DNA of 64,000 nucleotides from Leptogorgia sarmentosa (Eukaryota): NCBI GenBank assembly GCA_964658305.1, contig OZ210885.1, positions 11,966,001 to 12,030,000 of the forward strand, read 5' to 3'. Shown piece by piece: positions 49,283 to 62,627 of this stretch (position 1 is its first letter; each line of letters starts with the position of its first letter). The notes under the pieces were generated by a model. It saw only the letters and a program-made list of their open reading frames with translations, ran no database searches and was not told where the DNA came from. The position numbers and the translations under genes were made by a program.

Positions 49283-52200
49283 ATGAAGGTCTTCATAATT
49301 TGCTTAATCGTTGGCATTTTGGGCTTCGTCAAGTCCGAAAGTTACGAAAATGGTGAGCAGATGTTCTATTTGGAATGGTAGCTATTCTTGTATAAGTCTC
49401 TTGCTTGGCATAAACGTTGTGTTTTTGTCATTAATATCTGCAATTCATTACTTGGTGCATTTCCAAATTCTGCTTAATTGTTGTTCATTCTAAAGTTAGC
49501 TAATTCTTCATTCTGAATATTCTTACATTAGAAAATTTTGACGATAATTCGGAGGATCACTCCGTTTTCGACAAGATCCTGGCTATAAACCAAAAATCAG
49601 GTAAGCTTAAATGATTTGCGAAAGGAAGACTCTTTTCATCATAATATTCGGATATAACTTTATTGCTCTCTTGCAATGCTTTAATTCTCAACCAATTTCT
49701 TTTCTGATTTTCTCAATTGTACTGGAGTAATAACGGACGAATTTCTTCATCTAAGTTTGAGTGTCCAAGTTGTCATTTCTCTTCGTATATAACAGTTGCA
49801 GTTGCTTCTCTTCCCAACCAGGGAGACCAATACAATCGCGAAAACATGTCCCACCACCCACGTTAAACGTCTGAAAATATTTTTTCAAACATGACTCAAC
49901 GCGCTATTCTTTTTTATCCAATCAAAGTCCAGCATAACACCATTTCATTTCCAAATTTTCTGGAAAAAATATTTAAAGGTAAAATTTCTGGAGAGATTTA
50001 TATTTCGAGGACCAAATTAAGTTCTTACCTATCCAAAATTTGGGTGATTTAGCTTAATATTGTTAAATTTAGTTGTCGTTTATCGCTTTCAATTCTAATT
50101 AAGTAAATTTGATTTATTTGTATTGCACCATGTCTCAAAAGATGAAAGAATGTTGCATTCGTCCATAAAGTCTAAAATTTAACTGGATTACAACAAATTT
50201 TAGGTGTGACAAGCGCAAAATCTCAAGCAAATCTGGAAATTTTGGTCCTCGCTATTTAATTGAATCTCCCTAGAAATTAGATCTTTTAAAATTTGGCCAA
50301 GAAAAATATTTTTAAAAATACTTATAGCAGGGGGGGGGCATTTTTTGGGGACACCCTGTGCCATCATTAGCCTTCATCCCTGCTCCTAAATGGGGTAATT
50401 TCTAAACTGGCGAGCTAAACTGAAAAGTCACTAAGTGATTTTTTTCCTGCGTCCTTGCAAAGAGTGAATATGATTGAATATGTCATCAGTGTTTGTCGCC
50501 AGCCAATCAAGTTGCTTCTTCTTTGTTCCCGCGAACACATTCGCCTATAGTGGAAAACGGTCTTAAGGGGCTGATTACATTGTGAATTTTCAGTCTGGCT
50601 GTTGGCAGATTTAAAAGAAGAATATATATATATATATATAATTTGACTAACAAAAGCGCAAATTTTAATACACATTTTAATTTCTGTGTCTTTGTGTCTC
50701 GCAGGCTGTAATTTCTCCATGTAAACAGCTCCTAGCTAAAACCTTTGTTTTCATGCAGCTATGAGTGATATATACAGGGGCCGGTTGTATAAAAACGTAG
50801 TTAAAGTTGACTGTAATTAAGTGGGAAAATTGACCAATCAGAAACCTGTATTTCAAAGTTAACTACCATTTAACTACAAAACGGATAGTTATAAGAGTTT
50901 TATACAACCGGCCCCTGATGATTGCGATGCAATTGGTTATATTCAGTGCCAGCGCCTAACAATATAAAAATTTGTTTGCAGCTAGATCACGTTCAGGACG
51001 TAAAGAAAAGTATTTTGAGGGAGACATTGTGATGACAAAGTCGATAGAAGAAATGATTGAAAATCGCAAACGTGGCGCAGCCTCGGCAAATGATAGACAC
51101 AATTGGCCGTTCAACCCTGGGAATGGCAAATACGAGATACCTTATGTGATTGACCGAAGTAAGCTAACGTGCAAATCTCATTTATGTTTCGGTTATAACA
51201 ACACAGCTGTTAGGCAATTAGCGTTTGTGTAGTTTTCAAGGGGGGTTTTATGGATTGAGGATAAAATGTGTAAATTAAGTCAAAATAGCGAACAAGATTC
51301 GTGTTCACTGAAAGCGCATCGATTTGAAAACACTGTTGACAGCCGTTGAAGAAAGACCTCAATGGATAGTACCTAATATTTCTCAATTGAGAACACGGAT
51401 AATGCCCACGCTGGACTATCGCTGATAGCTATATTGATATAGTTATATTAGTGTTAGATATGAACCATTTTTCTATATACTGAGAATTTCCTTAATCCCA
51501 ACCCAAACCCTAGAATCCTAACCCTGACCATTGTGGTCAGAAAGATATTGAGGAAAAAAAAGTTTTCATCACTAACGCTGAAAAATATGTCGAACTGGGG
51601 CTTGAACTATAGAACTGCAACGCACGCACCGCGTGCCTTACCACTTGAGCTAAATCGAGCTCGCTGCTCACCACTCTGGCCTGGCTAAATGCATATGATT
51701 ATAGACCCGGGCAATCACTGTTCATAATTTACCAGGCCAGGCTACTTAGACGATAGTCCAGCGTGGGCATTACCCATGTTCTCAATTGAGAAATATCGGG
51801 TACTTCCCGTTGAGGTCTTTGTTTAACGGGTGTGTTGAAAGTGAATAAAAATGAAAACGCATTGTACTTTTGAAAATGATGATATCACTCCAATCGATTG
51901 CCACCCATTAATAGATCTTAAATCAACTTGTGGCGTAGAAAATATAACCAAACTTTGTGAGTTAGCCTGACATAAATTTCGTATGTTTTTGGCAAATGAA
52001 ATTATTTGAATTGTACGTAACCACGATAACTTCATACCGGAGAGAAATTGTGGAATAGCTGTTCTAAGATCACCCAGTTTATCTGGGCCATCCATGGGCC
52101 CAGTCCGAGTAAGAAATTAGTTTTATGGTAAAACAAACGTCGAATTGCTGATTTACGCCACTTTACAATCGAATCAGCGTTTTCAAGCGTGGACTGTCGA

Positions 52201-55200
52201 ATACGCTACGAAAACGGTAGTTTTGACGGGAATCTCGTTGCATGCGTTTCCGCGGTCTAAGTTATTTTTTCGACGCTATATCTTTTAAATGAACCCTTTT
52301 CCATCTACAAGTGGAGTTCCACCGAATTGAATAATTTAAATTGAAACTTAGTGATGCACGCGTACCGAAGTTTTGTTTCGAAATTTCCTTCATAATCGTA
52401 TTACTCATATATATTTTCACATGCAGGTGTCTCACGACACTCAAAAAACTCAAAGCTAATACTTGGAGCTATGAGAGAATGGATGGGAAAAGTAAAATGT
52501 TTCAGTTTCGTACGAAGAACTAACCAGAGAGGATATCTGAAGTTTGCTTCCGGAAATGGGTGAGTTTACAATATTTGTAATTTCCAATAGATAATTCCCA
52601 TTGCAAAAAAAAAACATTAATCGAAGCGAGATTTCTGGATGGAACCTTATAAATGTGGTAAAATTCTAAAAATTGGTAGAAAAATATTGTAATGTGTCGA
52701 AGATGTGCAGGATCACCGATTTCACTATCAGTTATCGTATCTTCGACGGTTGCCACCTAAATTTACGATTAATGATGCAATCTGCCCCTCTCACTCACTG
52801 ATACTGTATTATTTCTTCTCCGCAAGCCTACTGTTTACTCTCATGAAACAAACTGCATTCCTCCCAGCCAAATTCCATAGTTATACCGTCTCTGTTCCTG
52901 CTTTTTAACCTTGCGAGTTTTCATTTTCCGTATGAATCTTAGGCGTTTCACCAATTTTACTGAAATTCAATCAACCAAAACTTCATTAATTGTAAATCTT
53001 TGTACTTTAATGGTCAGAACCAAGGGCGTCAATCCCCATGCCTGTATGCTATACATCATACGTTCCTGTGTGGTTAGAACGAAGACTTTTAATAGGATAA
53101 AGACATGAAGTACAATCAACAATCTGAGATCAGAAGAAAACTATTCGGAGCCTTTGAATAGTTCTGCGAATGAAATCCTAATTGGAAAGGCAATTAACGG
53201 ACCTCAGCCACGTACACACGTTCAAATTTGCTTCCGTTTTTATTGATCACTGTGTGCACAATTGATATAATTGATAATTGTTAAAGAAATCATTTCATTT
53301 GCTATTCAAATCTTTATTGATTTATTAAAAATAATACGTATTCAAATAATACACATTCGACATCGAAAAAAAATTCTCATAATTTAGGCAAGAAATTCGG
53401 CGGAATAATTTTAATAAAACTCGTCCCCAGAACGCTGAAAATGGCATTTGTGCATGAGGTTTCAAATTTCAAAATTTTGCTGGGGAGCATGTCCCCAGAC
53501 CCTTCTAGAAAGCGGCACGTTTCATTACTATTTTGAAACAGTCAGGTTTTTGTCCTCCCCCCATAGACGTACGAGGCAGGGGGGGCAAGGGGGGCAACTG
53601 GCGTCCCAAAAAATCAAATTGGAAAATTCAGGCACTGCTTTGAGCATAATTCGGGCAAAAATCTGAGGAATAAAATAATGTCAACAATCCTCCAGTCGTC
53701 CAAGAAAGTGGAGTTAGGACTCTGAAATCACCGTTTCCGGCAATCCAGAGGTTGTAAAAGTTCAAAAATTTCTCGCTCGGCGCCAACCATGGAGGCGCCT
53801 CGTGACATTCGCTACCCTCATATTCGCGCAAAGATTTTCCTGCCCCCACCTGAAAAAATGTAGCCCCTAACGCTTTTGGTCCCCCCCCCCCACTTTTTGG
53901 GACAGATTGACGCCCTTGGTCAGAACTTTATTTCATTATTTCAGCTGTTCCTCGCGTGTTGGTTACCAAGGAAGAGAACAAATAGTTACACTTGGTGGAG
54001 GATGTATGAGCCATGGAATCATTGTCCACGAAATCGGTTTGTGAAAATATGCATTTTGTTCCCATCAATCGATCGATTCCATAACAAGCAGACTTTTTAT
54101 CAAAATTAAAATCGAAATAGTAAAATTCATTGCAACAGCGTAAAGAGCGTTTCAAAGTTTGTCAACATGCAATGTTTAGTTGCGAAAGGTTGTAAAATAT
54201 AAAAAACGTACCCCTGTGAAGTTTGCAAAATTTCAATGTTCTTGCATTACACAAGAACAATTTATACCAATATCAAGGGGAGGATACCGATTTTCCGGGA
54301 ATGATGTTGAAATAGTACAAAATTTACAAACTTTACATGGGTAAATTTTTAAATTTTGATATCGGTAATGAAATGAATATTTTTTTTATCGGAATACAAT
54401 CGGTCACAGAAGAAATCCTGACATGTACAGTCCAAGATAAATAACAAACAGCGAACTGTCAGGAGTTAGATGATTGCGATGCAATTGGTTATGTTCAGTG
54501 CAAGCGCCTATAACAATATAAAAAAATGTTTGCAACTAGATCACGTTCACGACGTAAGGAATAAAAATCCTTTAATAGTTAGAAAAACCTTTTGCTTCTC
54601 GGAGATTTGTATTCGGTGCGCTACTTGGATGTACACTTATCATGACCATGACAAGTTAATTATATTGACATGAGCAAGATCAGCGGTTGCATAACGAACT
54701 TTGATGTAGCTATCCCCTCCGCTAATTTCCCTTTAGTAAACGGTCGTTGCCTTCCAAAACGGTCGATGCCTTCCCTGCTCGCATTTTAAATGTTACATAA
54801 TGCCTTCCTACTATAAATACTTTTGTTTTCAATGTTCTCCAGGGAGCTCAAAATTAGCTCTACGAAACCATTCCCCCTAAAAATATTGAAAATTACCAAC
54901 ACGAAACCTCAGTCTCAAACCCAGGCTTGAACTATAAAGCTGCGACGCACGGACCGCGCCCCTAACCGTCCGACCTATTTTCGACCTGGCTGAAAATCTT
55001 TGAAAACAGAAGTATTTATAGTGGAAATGCATCATGTAACATTTAAAAAGCGAGCAGGGAAGGCATCGTTCGTTTTGAAAGGCAACGACCGCAATTGTCT
55101 TTATTTCGTTACTTCCACCTGACTACTTTAAAACTTACTGTCCAGTTTTCCTCCACGTTTTTATTCGTTTTTTCATTTTCAGGCCACGCTCTGGGATTCT

Positions 55201-58200
55201 GGCATGAACAATCTCGCAGGGATCGTGATAAGTACATAACAATACATTTCGAAAATATCCGAAAGGGTAAGTTTTTTTTTTTTTAATATACAGTGCATTG
55301 GCCAGTCGTTTGTGCATGGCTTTCATTTTGGAAAAAAACGCTGACAATTGAGTGGTTTATCAACGTTTTAACTATAGCCTACAGCACTGAACGGGCAGCA
55401 TACCTAATTTTGACGACAACGCACTAGTCCCCTATTCGCCCGCCCTGCACACTTCGTGTTATTTACAAGCAAATATTACACATATTTTTCGACCTATATT
55501 ACAACAATTTGGATTATACTCTCCTATCTGTGTTCATCCTAACACACCATGTCCACGTTGTTGCATGTGGCAGGGAATTGGAGCCCCAGAGACAGAGAGT
55601 GGTGCTATCCAATATGGCCGCTAGTGGCTCCATTTATTCATAGCATTCAGTCTTAGTATATGTCAAAGGTGTTGACTAACTCTTTGTACATGAGTAGAGC
55701 ACTGAGTGCGACCTGCAACGCACGAGGTGAAAGGCGAGCGCTCTAACTACACCAAACGCTGATCGCAATCCTGCTCTATTTCGCTTGTTGTGACTGGGAA
55801 ACAAAGATAGAATTAATTATGCCTATGTAAGCGACCATGACTGCAATTCGAAGCAGGAAACAATCTTCTGAATAAGCACCAAAATTTAAAACTCGATCAC
55901 GAACTTTTCTGCTTTAATTTTTAATAATCTTTCATTCAGCCTTCGTTTTTCCCAAATTTTCGTTCTTTCAACACGCCCGTCAATTCTACACTTCATGGAA
56001 AGCTATTTGCATGAATAACCAGCCGATAAGTAGAAAATACAATGGCCGCAGCGACGAGTGGTTTGACAGAAATATAGCTTAATTTATAATTAGGGTTTAC
56101 GCCGTTCATAGCACTATTGGCATTGCTTTTAAAGATATTAAAAAGGTATGCTATGGAATTTAGATCATCAAAGCAAAAATATCATGACGCAAATTATTGT
56201 ATTACCTTGAACACAGCGAATATTTAAGGTTATGGAAGAAGTTTATGTCTTGACACAATTGCGCGTATATTTTCCCTATGATACTTTCCCTGCGTGTCGG
56301 TACTGACACATTTGTACATGTTTGGACAGCCCGCGGACCCGCGGTGTCATTGTGATCACGGAATATCTACTATATTTTGACGCTTTGCCATACAGAATGG
56401 TTGAAAAATTCAATCCCCGGAAAATAGGTTTTGTAGCTTGTAATAAAACTGGTTTGTGCGTTTATTAAGCGCGAGACAAAACAAACGAAATCATAAATAG
56501 TTTCAAGTATTCTGTTTTGAACCTACACGCATACCGATCATACAATAACTTCACCGTCTAGGAAAATGCTGCATGAATGGACAGAATATAATGTATATAA
56601 ATACATTATTCTAATATAGTTTTCAAGAGAGCAAATTTGGTTTTTGGAAAGCCACATTTTTCACAACCAATCGCAAAGCGCTGTCTCTATTTTAAAGACG
56701 CAATAGCATAATATGCGATATCATTATGTCGTCAAGTTTCAATATTACCTTACTCAATTTGATATGATCGCGCGAATGCCGGAATGCGAGATAGTCATGA
56801 TAGCTTATATCAAGTATTGAATACGTCTTGCTGCGATCTGGGCACTGATTTATGACAACCAGTTTCACTGAAATATGGGTTATAATTTTGGCAAATTTAA
56901 CACAATGATGGGCAAAAAATGGACAGAAAATGCGATAGATCAAGATTTGACATGAAATCCGTTTGTTAATTGCGTTGAATATTATCTCAGATAGGTCTTA
57001 CCACGTACAGACATCACTGCAGTAACTGGGCCCTGTGCAATGCAGACGCAGTCGTCATATTAAATGTTTATTTCAAAATAATATGTACTGTAGTTGATGT
57101 TGGCTGTGCATTGAAACCTTGTGCTTATCATGCTATTATTGTTACGTCTATTGACATCTCACCGTGAAGCATCAAGTCTTGATTTAGTAAAATGCTCTAT
57201 ATCATCTGCCGAGACATGAATATCACATAAAATATACAGCCTATACGTGTCTTTAAACGGACAAAAGCTCTGTCTGTAGTCACGCTGAAAGCTGGTTGCG
57301 TAGTTGTAATTTAGTCGCACCACAACAGCCACAGTAAAACGCGTGAAATCACGCAGAAAGCTTGCTTTATAAATAATACATTTTTGGCAGTCCCGCCTTC
57401 GCGAGAGAGCAGGACCTCGTCGTTGTAAACAGCCGTCCTGAGCATGCGCAGGCCAAATTACCCAATCAGTATTATTAATTATTATTAATTAGTATTGCAA
57501 CTCCTGCCTTCAAAAAATAGCAGGTCCTGTAGTGTCGAGTCGCGACAAACAAAATCATAAAATTGTGTAAATGTTTTAGTAAGCGGGATGCTTTGCTTAA
57601 ATTTTTTAAAAAAATAATGAAAAATGACCGGAATTTCGTCGAGAGAAAGGAAAATGAAAAAAGGAGTAATTTAAGATTAGATTGAAAATGATTTGTCCTT
57701 CTCAGCAGGACCAACAGGACCGTTAGCTATGCGACGGTCTTTGATCATTCTTACTTATACTTAGACCAATTTTCTAAATTTGGATCACTTTTCAGGCATG
57801 GAATACAATTTCAAGAAAGCGAATTTAGGTGCGACGGACGACTCACATGGGTATGATTACGGCAGTATAATGCACTATGGCCCTAAAGCATTCTCCAAGA
57901 ACGGAAGGAAAACAATAACTGCAAAGAATGATCAGACTATTGGACAGAGACAAGGATTGAGTTATGGTGATGTTGAACAAGCGAAGGCAATGTATAAAAA
58001 ATGTAATCATGGATCAACTGGAGGCGGTTCAACTGGAGGCGGATCAACTGGAGGCGGTTCAACTGGAGGAGGAGGTATTTGAACATGTATAATTATACAC
58101 TCAACTCTACTCGCCCTGCGGACGCCTCGCTATTATACAGGGTGTCTGAAAAAAAAGGTAATCCAACTTTGGCATGCCATTGTGCGTTAATTACTGGGTG

Positions 58201-60979
58201 TACGAACGTGATTTTTGCATGGTCATAAAGATCAAGGTCTTAGCAGTTGAACGACATATTTGTTGTACGATATGGAAGAAAATCAGGCAAATGCGAGCGT
58301 GTTGAAAAATCTCGGTGAAAAACGCATTCAGCTAAACTTATTCAAAATTAACTCCCTCCGGGACTCGAAGATGACGACCTTCCCTTCAACAATCGACCTG
58401 ATTATGCATAATTATTAATAATCCTGATAAAATCTTTGTTACCATGACACATTCGTGATGAATTGCATTTTTCTTTTGTTATGCACTGCTTTAATTAGGC
58501 ACAGAGGTGAAAATATGCAATTTCGACCGTCAATTTTAATAGCTCTCATATTCGTTCTGCTTTGCTCATAATGACACAAAAAACATGTCATTCAATAGCT
58601 GAGACACTGATCTTTATGACCATGCAAAAATCACGTTCGTACACCCAGTAATTAACGCACAATGGCATGCCAAATTTGGATTACCTTTTTTTTGAGACAC
58701 AGTGTATAGCTGTTGTTGTCACGCTATAGTTGTTGTTAGTAAACCACAACAATGTGTTAGAATAAACTGGGCATTTCAAGACTAAAAGCATCGTCCGTTC
58801 CACAACATGTCCGTCGGCAAACCGTCCGTTCGGCAAAATCTCTTTCGGCAAACTGTCTTTCGGCAAAATGTCCGGCCACCTTTTGTTTTAATATTGGAAA
58901 CCATCAGATTCGTCTCTCGCTAATGCGGATCGACTAACGCTATTGCGCACACCGCGGCTAAATAATTGTCCCCAGGGTGTCCGTTTACTATACAGCATTA
59001 ATTGCCGTACCCGGTACAGAAATCACTCTAACGTTGTTTAAAGTAGGTTATTACACCTCTGGGGCCGGTTGTATAAAAACGTAGTTAAAGTTAACTATAG
59101 TTAAGTGCGAAAATTGACCAATCAGAGACGCGTATTTCGAAGTTAACTACCATTTAACTAAAAAGCGGATAGTTAAGAGTTTTATACAACCTACCCCTGG
59201 ATATTTGAAGTATGAAGCCTATCGGCCGTGTATAGAATTATATGGCTTTACACAGGTTATATAACCAGACAGAATAAAATGAAATTGGCAGAAACCACAC
59301 ATGACGTGTAGCCATAAACAGAATATCAAGGGCCAATGATAATTTTCCTACACTAAGTTCGTATGACTGTTCATGATGTTACGATGTACTCAGGTGCAGA
59401 ATGTTATTGTGATGTTACTCTGAGTATATGTCCTCACCGGGCACGCTCAAAAATTAGCCTTAGCCTTGGTTCGAATCGAACCCGCGACCTATAGATATCA
59501 AAGGAAAGAGTTCCGAAATATCAAACATTCGAACCGACTTGACCTCATAGCTCAGTTGGTAGGGCATTGGCTGGTAAACCAAAGGTCGCGGGTTCGATTA
59601 CCAATGAGGCCTGGATAATTTTTCAGCCCGCACGGTGTTGTGGATATATACTCAGAGCAACATTACTATAACATTCTGTACCCTTGTTCTAAGTTCTTTC
59701 TATATACTCAAAATTCTATGTTTTGAACGTCCGTGTCATGTAAATTACATATAACAGCTTTCACGGTACCATTATTGGCTTACTACACTAATTTATTACA
59801 AGGGTTCAGGGTAACCATATGCATTTCTGAAATTTCTGGTAATCTTTCCCATCGGCCAGCAAAATTTCTTTGTTTGAGTACGTGGGGGCACGATCAAATG
59901 AGAAAAATATTATTTGTCATAATAATTGTGAAACGACTGAATTTACAATTGATTTTGGTAAATCCATCGATAAATTGATCTGTTTGTTGCCCTAATCAGT
60001 AAACTATCGATATCGTCGGTTATACGTACTCACAAACTCAGGCAGAAAGATCTAGAGGTAGAAATGGTCGTTTTCGCCAATCTAGGAAGTTTCAATTTTC
60101 ACCCTCTTTCTAGTTATAATGTTAGTCGTTGATAAATTGAAAATATTCAAAATGCTCTACCTCCCCCGCCTCCCACACTGCACCCACATAAAAACAGGTG
60201 ATCGACGCTGCTGCTAATATCGATTCCATCGACGGTCGGACACCTCCGAGATGGTCGGCCACCTTATTATATTACACGAACAGCAGTGGCATTAGAAATA
60301 ATCATAATAATAATTTTAAATGAGAGATCAGGCAGCTGGAGAAGTCGGTGTAATGGCAAGGGTGCGGATTCCCGTGCAGAGCACCAGGGTTCGATCCCCA
60401 TTGCGTTATAATATTTCTTCCTTATTTTTTTCGACCTTTAATTTCAAACTTTATTTTTGCCAAAGATTTTTCAACAATTTTTTTCAAAATACGCATATTA
60501 TTTTGTCAATGTTTAAAGTTAGGGTTAGGAATAGGGTTTGGGTTAGTGTTAAGCGCTGTTGAGGCGCTGAATACAAATACGCGGAATCGAAATTTGCAAC
60601 GCTGCTACACTAATTACTGCATTAAAGTTGACTGATTTAGATTATAGCTAGTGGCCCTATCATCATAGTTCTCTTTCATGCAGGGCTCCGTCGACTGTTA
60701 ATGTAGCCCGGGCCAAAGGTTTGTTTCATATTGTTTGTTTCCATTCTAGGATGTTTATCCGATAAGGCGACACGTTGCAAATCCTGGGAAGGCAAGGGGT
60801 ATTGTGGTTCCCCTAGATATAAGGTATATATGAACGAAAATTGTAAGAAGTCTTGCAGTTGTTCTGGTTATCTCACGAATCGAGACCAACGATGTCAAGG
60901 ATGGGCAAATCGTGGAGAGTGCACCAAAAACCCAAGATACATGCTGAGTCATTGTCTGGCCTCGTGCTGTAATTGTTAA
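49283..60979 (+). CDS. Secreted astacin (M12A) zinc metalloprotease with Gly/Ser/Thr linker and two ShK domains, about 377 aa; exons 49283-49352, 49532-49600, 50982-51158, 52427-52559, 53945-54036, 55183-55266, 57796-58074, 60750-60979
   Basis: Signal peptide [18 protein letters not shown]; prodomain FEGDI and RKR site; [19 protein letters not shown] zinc motif; Met-turn [10 protein letters not shown]; all introns GT-AG and phase-compatible (1134 nt). Confidence 0.95.
50778..50914. mobile_element. Harbinger-type MITE (copy at 59062-59197)
   Basis: GGGCCGGTTGTATAAAAAC..GTTTTATACAACCGGCCC with CAG/CTG flanks. Confidence 0.85.
51343..51829. mobile_element. TIR element with about 80-bp TIRs enclosing a tRNA-like/CCCTAA core
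   Basis: AAGACCTCAA..TTTCTCAATTGAGAACA.GG.TAATGCCCACGCTGGACTATCG and its reverse complement; core similar to 5550-5735. Confidence 0.85.
53572..53918. mobile_element. GC-rich hAT-like non-autonomous element
   Basis: G-rich left end CATAGACGTACGAGGCAGGGGGGGC, C-rich right end CCCCCCCC..GACGCCCTTG. Confidence 0.5.
54719..55091. mobile_element. Second copy of the 5445-8707 TIR family
   Basis: CCGCTAATTTCCCTTTAGTAAACGGTCGTTGCCTTCCAAAACGGTCGATGCC ... GGCATCGTTCGTTTTGAAAGGCAACGACCG. Confidence 0.85.
58011..58074 (+). repeat. 15-bp coding tandem repeat (GSTGG x4 linker)
   Basis: GGWTCAACTGGAGGM repeated four times. Confidence 0.9.
58138..58704. mobile_element. Tc1/mariner MITE with long TIRs, nested in an older MITE (about 58095-58995)
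   Basis: CAGGGTGTCTGAAAAAAAAGGTAATCCAACTTTGGCATGCCATTGTGCG.. with reverse complement at the right end, more than 90 bp; TA flanks. Confidence 0.88.
59395..59682. mobile_element. Inverted pair of tRNA-derived SINE-like sequences
   Basis: 59541-59611 GACCTCATAGCTCAGTTGGTAGGGCA..GGTTCGATTAC with Pol III A and B boxes, tail ATACTCAGAGCAACATTACTATAACATTCTG; reverse-complement partial copy at 59397-59491. Confidence 0.75.
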
Positions 60980-62627
60980 CTACAGGTATTAATTCTAATG
61001 ATAGTCACGATTGTCTTTGTTGAAGAAGCACTGTCACAGAAAAAGATTTCCAGATTCGATTTACAAAAAAGATTGTATTGCATGTTTTTAAGTGCATATA
61101 TATATATGTTATTGAATGACCAAGCGTGAGTTCTGAACTGTGAAATATCAGACCGAGCATTTCCATTTTGGCACAGTATTTCTGGCATTTTCCTCCACAC
61201 ACGCGCTTGGTCAAGCCAACACAATGTTTATGCAACTTGAAAAACTGCATCCTACTTTTTTACTGATTTGAAAAAAGATTGTCCGACAGGACACGAACAC
61301 AGGAACATAAACCAACCTCCCTCCCCCGACCCAAATGATACTCTAGCTAGGGCTCTTTACACTTATTGCAAGAATATATATAGCTTGTACTATGGACGCA
61401 TTGAGATAAATTTAAAAACCAGAGATGTGTTTTTTGACGAAAAAAAAACGAACCGGAGATACGTTGATGCATGAAATGAAGTGCGTTGCAGCAGCTACAG
61501 CGTTAACTGTGGGTGCATGTGTATATTCAAACATTCTACGCGATTAAAAAAAATTAAAAACACCAGATTTAAAAAGAAATTCGTTAGGCAGACCAAACAT
61601 ATAGTATGAAAATACACCGCCACGCTCCAACTAACACTTTAGGCGGGCCTACAATTGCTTAACCCTTCGCCAATCCACATTATGCTTGATGTTAATGATG
61701 ACAATAGCGTTTACTACCTGGAACAAAATTCTCCAATCTCACAGCACCGCAATTGACAAAACATTGACAAAACATGACCAATGTATACAAATTTCCATTT
61801 GCAATTTTCCATAACTGCCTTATGGCAAATTTAACCGCAGAGTATAAACAATACCGATTTGATTAAGAGAAGTAGGAAGCCCAGGATGTAATTTCGCCAA
61901 TCATGATATAAGTGGACAAAATAATACTTAATTAATACCGTCATAAAAGTGACCTTATTTCAAAAAAAAATTGGACTGCCTTTAATAGATATATTCTTTC
62001 CATCTTTATAGGATCATCTAAATGAAGGTTCCAAGAATGTGAAAATGAAAATGTATTCAAGCTTTTAGATTTCTTAATAAGAAATAAAAAGAGCATTTGA
62101 AATGAAGTTGCATCGTTTCTTGTTCGATATATTTTTTCAGCGGGCGCTGAAGAACCATGAGGACTTTACTGTAATCCTCGTATTGACTAGTTGTGCGTGA
62201 CATCATCCATGAGACGGTTTAATAATTTAGCCCGCCATATTGTGGGATAACAAAGACAAATTACAGATTTCTGTACACAAAAAGTACACATTAATTGTTT
62301 TAGATATACTCAGACTCCCGAAGCAGTATTTGTATCCCATCACAAAAAACCATGATAGTGAATAGGTTTAAGCCAGGTTGGCGGTAAATTAACATTTCAT
62401 ACACGATATCCCAAAATTTTAGCATTCTTTCTAAAGCATGAGCAACGAATTTAGAAAGGTATCACAGTTATATTAGTATTGCCTCAACCTATATTTAAGG
62501 AATTATTCTTTGTTGCGAAAACTAAAAGTTCACTAGTTACCCCTAGAAATTTTGGTTGTATTCACCTGCACCTTGCAACTTCCAATTAAAAGAGCACCTG
62601 GTCATCAAAGTTATGGATCCTGTGGGC

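Noticed and set aside
59541..59613. Functional tRNA gene
   Set aside because: Imperfect acceptor, anticodon and T stems, and embedded in a repeat with a SINE-like tail
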